Source of the DNA: Balanoglossus misakiensis
Lineage: Eukaryota; Animalia; Hemichordata
Length of the DNA stretch: 64,000 nucleotides
NCBI GenBank assembly: GCA_040954595.2
Contig: CM082576.2
Location: 18,399,028 to 18,463,027, forward strand
Reading direction: 5' to 3'
The notes beneath the pieces were generated by a model. The model saw only the letters and a program-made list of their open reading frames with translations. It ran no database searches and was not told the DNA's origin. Positions 23,708 to 34,600 of this stretch are shown piece by piece (position 1 is the stretch's first letter; every line of letters begins with the position of its first letter). The position numbers were made by a program, and so were the translations under genes.

Positions 23708-25347
23708 ATGGCTCAACCACCGGTACGGGTAAACCCGCCACCACCACCACCGGGCACAGAAGAGGCACAGCCGAGTGCAACCCAAGCTGTTGCAGCGTTC
23801 CTAGCTGCACACAGGCCTTCTACCAGCCAAAGTAGTAATGCCGGCTCCCAATCTCAGCAAACTCAGCAAAGGGCGACGAGCCGACCAGATATTCAAGTTC
23901 CGGGTCCGAGTCGTCAAGGGAACGCTCAAACGACCGCAGATAATGAGGTACATATAAATCCTATCTCGGGTACACCTTATTTATTGTTCATTCCGATGTC
24001 TAGATTTGTACGTTTCATTCGGCATGCCCCATTGCTTTGTTAACGGGTTGTTCTCGACGCCCATTATACTACAGCGTACACCTGTTGAATTCCTGCATGC
24101 CACCTGCCCCCAATGTGAATGTTTGTATCCTCATTGAATATGCATGGAGTGGAAAACCGTGACATGGCCCCACTGCCAGGTGCCTGTACATTTTCGATAG
24201 AACAATGCGGCCCAGTTTTATGAAATAGAGCATTGGGGCTCGGTTATTGACATAGAGCAGTGAAGCTCGGTTATTGAAATAGAGCAGTGAAGTTCGGTTA
24301 TCGAAATAGAGCAGTGAAGCTCGGTTATTGAAACAGAGCAGTGAAGCTCGGTTATAGAAATAGAGCAGTGGAGCTCGGTTATTGAAACAGAGCAGTGAAG
24401 CTCGGTTATAGAAATAGAGCAGTGGAGCTCGGTTATTGAAATAGAGCAGTGGAGCTCGGTTATTGAATTAGAGCAGTGAAGCTCGGTTATTGAAATAGAG
24501 CAGTGGAGCTCGGTTATTGAAACAGAGCAGTGAAGCTCGGTTATAGAAATAGAGCAGTGGAGCTCGGTTATTGAAATAGAGCAGTGGAGCTCGGTTATTG
24601 AATTAGAGCAGTGAAGCTCGGTTATTGAAACAGAGCAGTGAAGCTCGGTTATTGAAATAGAGCAGTGAAGCTCGGTTATAGAAATAGAGCAGTGGAGCTC
24701 GGTTATTGAAACAGAGCAGTGAAGCTCGGTTATTGAAATAGAGCAGTGGAGCTCGGTTATTGAAACAGAGCAGTGAAGCTCGGTTATAGAAATAGAGCAG
24801 TGGAGCTCGGTTATTGAAATAGAGCAGTGGAGCTCGGTTATTGAAATAGAGCAGTGGAGCTCGGTTATTGAAACAGAGCAGTGAAGCTCGGTTATAGAAA
24901 TAGAGCAGTGGAGCTCGGTTATAGAAATAGAGCAGTGGAGCTCGGTTATTGAAACAGAGCAGTGAAGCTCGGTTATAGAAATAGAGCAGTGGAGCTCGGT
25001 TATTGAAACAGAGCAGTGAAGCTCGGTTATAGAAATAGAGCAGTGGAGCTCGGTTATTGAAATAGAGCAGTGGAGCTCGGTTATTGAATTAGAGCAGTGA
25101 AGCTCGGTTATTGAAACAGAGCAGTGAAGTTCGGTTATCGAAATAGAGCAGTGGAGCTCGGTTATTGAAACAGAGCAGTGAAGCTCGGTTATAGAAATAG
25201 AGCAGTGGAGCTCGGTTATTGAAATAGAGCAGTGGAGCTCGGTTATTGAATTAGAGCAGTGAAGCTCGGTTATTGAAATAGAGCAGTGAAGCTCGGTTAT
25301 GAATTTAAAGCAGCGAGGCTTTGATTAGGAAACCTAGCAACGAGATT

Positions 25348-25379
<32 letters not shown>

Positions 25380-26076
25380 TGTATTTGTATACAAAATAAC
25401 AATAATGAAGCAATGAGGCTCATAATGAAATGAAGGTACGAGGCTCTGAAAGGAAGGAGAATTGATTTAAAATAATGTTAACCTTTGTACATGGGCGTTA
25501 GTGTTACTGTGATGTACTCATTACAAAACGATGATTGTATTGTAGGTGAAGGAACAGCTATTGGAGCTGAAACAGAAACTACTCTTATTGGAAAAGAATG
25601 CTGGGACAGCATCTGTCGAAGAGGCTTTACAAAAGCTAATGGAGATGGCCCACAATCCAGCAGTCGTATCCCGAACCCAACTACTTAATGCTTTGAGGGC
25701 ACTGGTCGACAGAGCGACAGCCACCGCACATCCAAAATTGCATCGTTTTCGATCGGTGCTCTCCCAGTTTGAATCTACCGATTTCGGGGAAGATGCGGGG
25801 AGATTAATTATTCTATTATTGGGAAATAAAGAAGAGGAAGAAATAGCTTCAAAAGTGTACAAGTTTATGAAACACTCTGGCTCATCTAATCAGTTCTCTC
25901 AATATGAATCGGGACGATATATGCCCTATCCACTTCGTACATCATATACCCGCACACCGTATTCTCCCTACTATAGAAGAGAGCAACCAAGAAATTCGGC
26001 TGGGAAATCCGGAATTAAATGCTTTGTATGTGCGAAGTTGGGGCACATTGCGAGGGACTGCCCCGACAAAAAATAA
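23708..26076 (+). CDS. gag-like protein; predicted exons 23708-23947 and 25546-26076
   Basis: P/Q/S-rich leader ending GAG|GTACAT, acceptor TTGTAG|GTG in frame, and CFVCAKLGHIARDC knuckle. Confidence 0.82.
24222..25300. repeat. 27-bp minisatellite, about 40 units, inside the gag intron
   Basis: Unit GAAATAGAGCAGTG(G/A)AGCTCGGTTAT(T/A), head-to-tail with no spacers. Confidence 0.95.
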
Positions 26077-26264
26077 TGTATTGATAATCGTATAACTTTT
26101 CCGATGATGCATTGAAATATTCAAAAAAATAAAAAAAATAATATGACTCTGTAATCTCAGTGTTTGTGTAGTTTATTTTCCTTTCCCTTCGGACAGGGGG
26201 GCTAACAATAACAGCCCTATGCCTTTAAAAGCAACCTGCCTTCGCAGGGTCCTGTCTGGGGGTC

Positions 26265-26313
<49 letters not shown>

Positions 26314-26325
26314 TTGACCCCACAG

Positions 26326-27108
26326 TGGGAACTGAACTACCCCGTTCATCAAGCAAGTGGTGGACGTGTCTCGTATTCATGGGTATCATGGGAGGGCGCC
26401 CACAGACAGGAAGTGATGGGAGGGAATCCAGCTGTCGAAGAGTTCGCCTTTGGAGGAAGCCTGTCCCGCCCCCAAGAGTTAAATTATAGAAATGCAGCGG
26501 AATTTAAGGCTGGTGAAGTCCATCAACATCTTCAAGAATGGGATTGCATCACAAATGGGCTAGACAACAAAGACTTAGTTATGTCCTGGTTGCGGGAGAA
26601 GGTCAAAATCTCGGATTACACTCGTCACTTTTTCGGGACAATTTAAAGGAGTCGAATACGATCACGATACACCCCCTCACAAGTTATTTTACAACAACCC
26701 GAATTGTAGTAAATTTGGAGAATTTATTGCTAATACCCTGCAAGATAGAATCAAGTCTGGAGCCATTTCGGTGTGGGGCAGAGTAGGGTGTGCCCCTCCC
26801 CCTCATATAGTTATGCCCATCACAATTGAACCCCAAAAGCCTCGTCTATGTATCGATATGAGATTTCTCAACCTTTGGATGAAGGACATGCCTTTTAAAT
26901 TGGATAAGCTGATAGAAGTTTCAAAATACCTGCAATCGTGTGATTATCAACTAAAATGCGATGACAAGAGCGGATACGATCACATCCTATTGGCAGAGGA
27001 CGAAAGACGTTACGTTGGTTTTCCAGTGGGCGGGATCCTGGTATGTGAACAACACTCTACCGTTTGGATGGAAATTATCCGCCTTCATATACCAGAACGT
27101 GGGATAGT
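26326..27108 (+). pseudogene. pol N-terminal/RT fragment of element 2 (frameshifted, truncated)
   Basis: FKAGEVH, PHIVMPITIEPQKPRLCIDMR and DDKSGYDH match element 1 pol. Frameshifts near 26641 and 27020. Confidence 0.88.
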
Positions 27109-27109
27109 G

Positions 27110-27532
27110 TAAAAAGAAAAAAATAACATCACATTTGCGGAAAGGATTGGGGTAAACTTGCGCAGAGGTCATCTATTTCGGCCAACAACCCCGAGCGGTG
27201 AAGTCGAGCAACGCCCTCTATCATCCCAAACAGCGTACAGTCGCCTCAAATTGTACCTACAGGAGCTAAACATGGATAGAGGGAAAACACCACACAGTCT
27301 CAGAAGCGCATGTGCGATCACATTATCCTTGGCGGGGGTGGAGTTGAGTGAGCTTATGCGTCACATAGGTTGGCGTTCAGAAGATACAGCCAATCATTAC
27401 ACCAAACTATCTTCTGTGTCAGCGGCCCAAGGACCAGCCCAGAAGTTAAAAGAGGTGACTGATGCAGGAGAGATCCTGACGCGAAACTACGAACAGGCGA
27501 ATGATCTAACAGACTTCACTATGGCATTCTAA
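27110..27532 (+). pseudogene. YR C-terminal fragment of element 2
   Basis: GHLFRP, TPHSLRSACAITL, HIGW, ANHY. Joined directly to RT by a large deletion. Confidence 0.88.
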
Positions 27533-28454
27533 ACCAGTCCGCTCCTTAATGGCACAATAACCTAATTTACAGATGTATGGGGCTTGATTTCTGTACATAA
27601 TCGTAGCAAGAATAAAGTTCATATTTTAAAATTGACACGTGCTTTCATATATATTATGGGTGTAGGAGTGGGTGTGTATGGGTATTGAAGGATTGGGTGG
27701 GAAATAGGAAAAGTTGTGCATCCATAAAGCAGGGAGTTTCGCATAACATAACATAAAACCCGGACCCACTCCTATAACAATAGGCATATTCTAGAGCGGA
27801 GTTATAAGGCTTTAAATATTATAGTATTTAAAGCCGCATCACTACGCGATATATATCCGCATATGCTAATTTATTATGAATATTCATGAGAACCCGTATA
27901 AAAGTTAGCGAATATCCGCACATGGGCTCAGTACCATTCCTTAACCACAGGAGGCAGCAGTTAGAGCAGATAAGGTAGAAGGTTAGGGCATACAAGTGGC
28001 GGGCGGGTGGGGGTTTATGTGTACCGATGAGCGATTTGGGAGTTTTGCCCACCCTCCCACCCTTCAGCAACCCCGCTCTGGAATTTGGCCAACATAACAT
28101 CAAAACCCGGACCCACTCCTATAACAATAGGCATATTCTAGAGCGGAGTTATAAGGCTTTAAATATTATAGGTTTAAAAACCATCGATCTGAACCTTCTA
28201 TACCTAGTTTAAGTCATGTTGAATGAAACAATGTCTTCAAACAGCAGATTATCTAATGGGGGACAATGGAGGACGGTTTTTGCGAATGGTTTGCTCACTT
28301 CCGGTGTGCTAGATTTGTCAAAGCGCGTTTTCACGTGTACGGGTATAGGTACATGCATGTACCTATTTCAATTGAACTTGTTTTCCAATGTTTTGAAAGG
28401 ATCGGGTAGGTGACGTTGCTTTCTGAACCGTGCCTCTTTCTTCCCCAACAGGTC

Positions 28455-28600
28455 CAACTACACGTGGTCCTAGTGGCCAAGTTATCAACGTGATTTTTGA
28501 AAACCTGATATGGTAATTTATCACTTCCTACAGTTTTCCTAAGTTTGGAGTGATTAACAACTTTGGTTACCTCCTCAAGTGAGATGTTATGATTTAAAAC
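28455..28600 (-). pseudogene. Short LINE ORF2 fragment
   Basis: ISLEEVTKVVNHSKLRKTVGSDKLPYQVFK resembles the pre-RT linker (K-x-x-G-x-D). Confidence 0.45.
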
Positions 28601-29735
28601 AGTACTATGATGGTAGCCTTCTGTCAACTGCATTTCTAGTTTCATTTCATGTTAGTAATGTGTGGTTCAGTTGCTATTTACATTACACAGAGACTATGAA
28701 GCCCTTTCTGAATTCCATTGTTCTCAATAAATTACACAAACACATGATGTACAGAAATGAATATATTTAAATCTTTATTTCTTAAAACCTGGCAACAAAC
28801 AAACAAATAAGTGTGTATAAACATGAATAAATATTTCAACTTTTAATAAAAAATATGGTCTCTTCATTCATTTTTGATCAGCCCCCTTCCCCCATCATTG
28901 ATTCTACTCATGTAAATGTGTTTGCTAGTATAATTTAGACGGCGTCGCTGTTCACTAAATATTCTATCTTTAACTTCTTCTTGCCGTAAGTCTTCTTATT
29001 CCCCACTTCACTATTCCTGTCTGGTGTCTTTTCATTTGACTGAAGGTGAAAAGTGTAAAGACGTTGTTAATGCGCTTGACACACATGCAGTAAATAATAA
29101 GGTGTAAATATAAATATGTGAACAGCGTCAACAAGGTTATTATGTTCAAATACTAGTATATGATGATGCGGACAAACAACTTTGCTCACTGGACGATGCT
29201 GACATGGTCATGGTAATTATCTGATCACATGCTTTGTTTATCAACGTACACCCAGGTATTTCAGGCTATAACTATGGCGAAAACTGTGTGTAATGCTATT
29301 CAACCGGACTTAGAAACGTGTGAAAAATTGCTCCTAGTGACGGTATGGTGTTCGCATGTCAAAGTTCCGCGAACACAGTGTATGTACACACTGGCATTTC
29401 ATTTCGATGGCACTCCATTTCTTCCAGATAATACAAAAAACACAATCAATGCATGTTCTAAACACACTACGACCAATTCAAATTATCATGAAAATGTATT
29501 ACCGTTGATGGTTGCTCCATTATCCTGCCCGGGATTAAAGACTGGGTCGATTATCCACGCAACAGAAGATAGACCGTCGACCGCCATGTGATGTTCCATA
29601 ACATAACCTGGGTCAGATGACGTGACCTTTGTTCAGCTTCCGGCAATCACGTCATATCGCACATGCGCGTTGGAGCTAAACACTAAGTAGCTAATTAGTT
29701 GCGCATACGCAAGTCGCTAAATTTGGAGGTTTGTC

Positions 29736-30958
29736 CTACTGCTTACTGATAACATGACCCCAAAATTTAACACTCTTTCTCATAAATTGACATTTGCTGG
29801 GTTTTAATTTCAATCCAGCTTGACGTAACCTGGTTTGGACAGTATCAATGTGTTGTAGATGCTCCTCAAAAGAGCTGCTTAAGGTAGTTGGAAAGGCTAG
29901 GGCGTCAGTTAAAATTTCATTTAAAAACACTGAATTTATATCTAGAAATGTATTAGAGAAAAATTAAACTCATAAAAAATTCGGGGCAATAAACGTGTAA
30001 CAAGATATGGCTGGTTTTATGATACCTAATTTCATTCATCTGGCAAGGAAGCTAGGGAGCCTTATTTGAGCGCCCTCTAGGGGAAGACTTCTCCTAGGCT
30101 ATGCGCACAAGGACGGGTTCCCCTAGCCAAGGGCATTTAAATGTAACTTGCAAACACTGATTCTTGCAATTTTCAACGATAGATAACCTTGCTTGTTTAT
30201 TAAAGGCTGCCAAATTATGGACATTTTTGCATTTCTAGGGAACCCGAAAAGCCAGCGGAAAAGCGTTTGACCCAGATAAATGCGATCCTTTGCCGTGAAC
30301 TGCCGCTAAACTTTGCGTATTTCGCTTCTTTTCTGCCCTTCGCCATAATGTAATGGTTTTTATTTGTGATTGAATAGGTATGCCAGATATTTTTTTTTAT
30401 CATGAAACTTTCAGGAAAGGCTCGGGACATCCCAAAGAACAATTTTACTGGACAGTTTTTTCATAAGTTTTCCCGTTGTGTTTTGGCAGCACGTTAAAGT
30501 TGTATACAAAATATCAACAAAAACTGTGTTTTCCTGAGTGATAACTTTGAAAAAAATAAGTTTTTGCTGAAAGTGTCCCATACATTGCTGGAGGGGTTGC
30601 TTCATATTAAAATGAATACAAATTATTCAATAATTTGTGAAAACATGTCAAGATTCAATCAATATTTTGTAAAATTATGAATATTTATATTTAGGCGTAT
30701 CAAATTTCATAATTTTACCAGATATTTTTACAGTCATATTTTTCCCTCACTTTTTAGTTTGTTAAGAACACATGCTGCAAATTTCAAGTCATTATCTTTA
30801 TTCTAACTTGTGAAAATAAATTCACAAACATTGAGAGAATTTGCTTCAAAAATAGCCTTTCCAACTACCTTAATATAATAATATCATCAATATAACAAAG
30901 CACATATTGCCACATAATATTGCGTAACACGTGTTGCATAGTACGCTGAAAACAACTG
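29736..30958 (-). pseudogene. Gypsy RT C-terminal half, interrupted by a TTAA element
   Basis: SCFQRTM...YIDDIIIL | SSSFEEHLQH...GLKLKPSKCQF. The frame is restored across the TTAA duplication. Confidence 0.85.
29883..30869. mobile_element. Kolobok-like non-autonomous DNA transposon
   Basis: TTAA|GGTAGTTGGAAAGGCTA...TAGCCTTTCCAACTACC|TTAA. Confidence 0.85.
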
Positions 30959-31755
30959 CACTTATGTACGAATTTCTTATTAACTGCTGGTTTAACAGGA
31001 GGTGTATATAAATATACAGGATCCCCCACTTTAAGATTTTGCGACCGTTGGATATTTTTATCATAACGGTCCTTCATATTCTGTTGATATCGATCTGTAT
31101 TCTCTTTGGCGATTTTATGAGCTATCTCCCTCTTAGCAGCTAAATGTTTAAGGTGTGTATCTATATTTCTTGTCCTCCCCTCAACTAGCTGGAATTCAAC
31201 ATCCATGGGCAATGTGGGATGCCGACCTTATAACACATAATACGGGCTGAACCCACTGGACTCTTGAGGACTAACTCTATACGCGAAAAGCACTGAACTT
31301 AGGTACCGATACCAATCTTTCTGTTTATTATCGACAAACATGGACAGCATGTCGACTAGGCAACCATTGAAACGTTCTGTAAGGCCATTGGTCTGTGGAC
31401 GATAAGGGGTAGAAACTTTACTCTGAATGTTGAAATATTTGCAGGTTTCGTGAATTACCTGGGATAAAAAAATCGATCCCTCATTACTCAGCAAAACTCT
31501 GGGGCTTCCATAAGTAGCAATTACTTCATCAAACAAGATCTTAGCAACTGTCTCAGCTCGTGCATTACGTAATGGATATGCTAATGAAAACTTTGTAAAG
31601 TAATGAGTAAGTACTAAGAAGTAAAGTAATGAGTAAGTACTAAGATGTATTTATGACCATCATAAGTTCTAGGGAGGGGTCCCACAATATCCATACCCAG
31701 TCGGTCCCAGGGTCCTGAAACTGGAATTGGTAACAACTTAGCATGAGTAGGGTGT
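30959..31755 (-). pseudogene. Second copy of the Gypsy integrase segment
   Basis: Near-identical to ~20745-21505. Confidence 0.88.
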
Positions 31756-31764
31756 GTTGTTCTC

Positions 31765-33471
31765 ACACACAAAAAATAGAAAAAAAAGTGGTCTCGAACC
31801 AAGATCAGTTGACACCTTCAGGTAAAAGGCTAGCCTTCCTGAAACCATTCGCCATCACGATGTGTACTCGAAAAAGTCGGAAATTTTCCGCACTATATTG
31901 CAGCATTACTCCAATGATCTTATTTGCACCGCAGCGATGCATATACGAGTTCCCTGCACCGCAGCGGTGAGAATAAGAGTTTCCTACCCCGCAACGATCT
32001 GGCCGTTCTTTATTCACTCCTCGGCGACAAAAATGTTTTATTACGGCCTAAATAACGACTTTTTCGCTCCTTGGTTGGTCATGCGGACGGAAAAAAAAGG
32101 GTTTTAGCGAGTTTATCTTTCTCTCTCCAGAACACTCCGTATTCAGACTTGCCCAAGTGAACCACGACAAAAATATGACCATGTTTCCCTGCATGTTTCT
32201 TATACCCGACAGATAAAAAACGCAGCGTTGATATTGCAATGAATTGGCTTTATGAAAATGACGTAAATTACACTGATAATGTCGTTAAAAATTTTCACAC
32301 AAAAAAAGAAATAGAAAAAAAGTGGTCTCGAACCAACATCAGTTGACACCTTCAGGTAAAAGGCTAGCCTTCCTGAACTATTCGACATCACGATGTGTAC
32401 TCGAAAAAGTCGGAAATTTTCCGCACTATATTGCAGCATAACTCCAATGATCTTATTTGCACCGCAGCGGTGCAAATACGAGTTACCTGCACCGCAGCGG
32501 TGCGAAGAAGAGTTCCCTACCCCGCAACGATCTGACCGTTCTTTATTCACTCCTCGGGGACAAAAACGTTTTATTACGGCCTAAATAACGACTTTTTCGC
32601 TCTTTGGTTGGTCATGCGGACGGAAAGACACGGTTTTAGCGAGTTTATTTTTCTCTCTACTGAGTACTCCGTATTCAGACTTGCCCAAGTGAACCGCGAC
32701 GAAAAATGACCAAGTTTCCCTGCATGTTTCTTATACCCGACAGATAAAAAACGCAGCGTAGATATTGAAATGAATTGGGTTTATGAAAATGATAAAAATT
32801 ACAACTGCAATGTCGTTAAAAGTTCTCTCAACAAAAAATAGAAAAAAAAGTGGTCTCGAACCAACATCAGTTGACTCGTTCAGGTAAAAAGGCTAGCCTT
32901 CCTGAACCCTTCGCCATCACGTTGTGTACTCGAAAAAGTCGGAATTTTTCCGCACTATATTGCAGCATAACTCCAATGATCTTATTTGCACTGCAGCGGG
33001 CAATACGAGTTCCCTGCACCGCAGCGGTGCGGAGAAGAGTTCCCTACCCCGCAACGGTCTGACCGTTCTTTATTCACTCCTCGGGGACAAAAACGTTTTA
33101 TTACGGCCTAAATAACGACGTTTTCGCTCCTTGGTTGGTCATGCGGACGGAAAGACACGGTTTTAGCTAGTTTATCTTTCTCTCTGCTGAGCACTCCGTA
33201 TTCAGACATGCCCAAGTGAACCGCGACAAAAAATGACCAAGTTTCCCTGCATGTTTCTTATACCCGACAGATAAAACACGCAGCGTAGATATTGAAATGA
33301 ATTGGATTTATGAAAATGATAAAAATTACAATGGTAATGTCGTTAAAAGTTCTCAAAAAAAAATAGAAAAAAAATGGTCTCGAACCAACATCAGTTGACA
33401 CCTTCAGGTAAAAGGTTAGCCTTCCTGAACCCTTCGCCATCACGATGTGTACTCGAAAAGTCGAAAATTTC
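31765..33471. repeat. Tandem repeat of a ~530-bp unit, about 3.2 copies
   Basis: AAATAGAAAAAAAAGTGGTCTCGAACCAA recurs at ~31773, 32308, 32836 and 33361. Confidence 0.9.
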
Positions 33472-33594
33472 ACCTCAGTCGATTACACCATTAATAAAAA
33501 CGCCTAGATAATATTGCTCTCTGTGAAGTATTTAACAAAAGCAGGAAAAACAAATCCTGAGTTAATTATGTTTCTGTTGTTTTTACTAAATAAT

Positions 33595-33830
33595 GAAAAT
33601 AATAATAATTATTATTTCTTATATAGCGCATTACATAATGGACTAAAATCTCAATGCGCTTTACTACATGATGAAAAGTACACTAAAAATACAAGCTAAA
33701 AAATTCGACATAAAAACGCTAACAAGGTATATAAAAGTTGTAAAAAGTGTAAAAGAATTAGTGTATAAATGCTTTCATAAAAAGATGGGTTTTAAGTATA
33801 AGTGGTCTTAATTCTAAGTTTAAAATTGCT
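33595..33830 (-). mobile_element. 3' end of an L2-type LINE/SINE
   Basis: On minus: GTAAAGCGCATTGAG...AATGCGCTATATAAG followed by an (ATT)n-like tail. Confidence 0.5.
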
Positions 33831-34424
33831 CAGCTAGAAAATCCACAATAAGCATTTTCATTTTAATATAATTCAGTTCCCGATAATGATGAACATTTCC
33901 TATATACACATCGTTTGAAGCCTCCAGAGCTGTCAAATTTCTCCCATTTTTTCCACAATAAAATACTTCAAATATCATTTAAAATCCCCAGCATTAAGTC
34001 ATATAACTTGTATTTGCATCAGTTTGTCTTCTATTGGAGACACTTACCACGTTAGCTGCAGTGTACTGTTTGTATGGAGGCTGATGAAATGGGTGCGGCA
34101 CACATTAAATATATAATGTGAATAATTTGCAAAATACAGCCATAATTGTGCATCGATGAGATGTTCATGTTTGCCTTATAGTATGTACCAATCTATTTAA
34201 AGTGGGATAATAAAGTAATGAACATAATGTAAACAGTGGCAGTTCTTGAGGCTTTTTGGGGAGCACTTTGTCATGATTGACAGTAAAACCAGCCAACAAT
34301 AAATATTGGAAAGAGTGTATAGTTACCATGGACGCCCTCTATGTTTTGACGTCACCATTAATTAACTGTAAACAATTTCCATCCTGTTTGTTTACATGAG
34401 AGTAAAAATCTGGCCGAAAAACAA

Positions 34425-34600
34425 ATTAACACCAATTATTCATTTTGGCAAGATTTTTCACTCTGGTGTCTACAAGTGGGATGGAAGTTGTGTGTGGCGA
34501 ATGTTGATTCACTATATGTCCACATGTAGAATAACATAATCCATGTCTTGTATCAAACATAATTAATAGAAAAGGGCCGCGAGAGAGAGACTTTGTCCCT
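34425..34600. mobile_element. Half copy of the palindromic TTAA MITE
   Basis: Ends ACTTTGTCCCT|TTAA, same family as 827-1175. Confidence 0.75.

Larger units (their letters stand above)
23561..28171 (+). mobile_element. Second PAT-like YR retrotransposon, internally deleted
   Basis: A1 23561-23694, B1 27745-27824, A2 27825-27959, B2 28091-28171. Contains gag, partial RT and the YR C-terminus. Confidence 0.9.

Noticed and set aside
24222-25300. CRISPR-like array or coding repeat
   Set aside because: Units are contiguous with no unique spacers, there are no cas genes, the context is eukaryotic, and the sense frames contain stops.
31614-33473. Repeated small ORFs
   Set aside because: By-products of the 530-bp tandem repeat; frames are not conserved between units.
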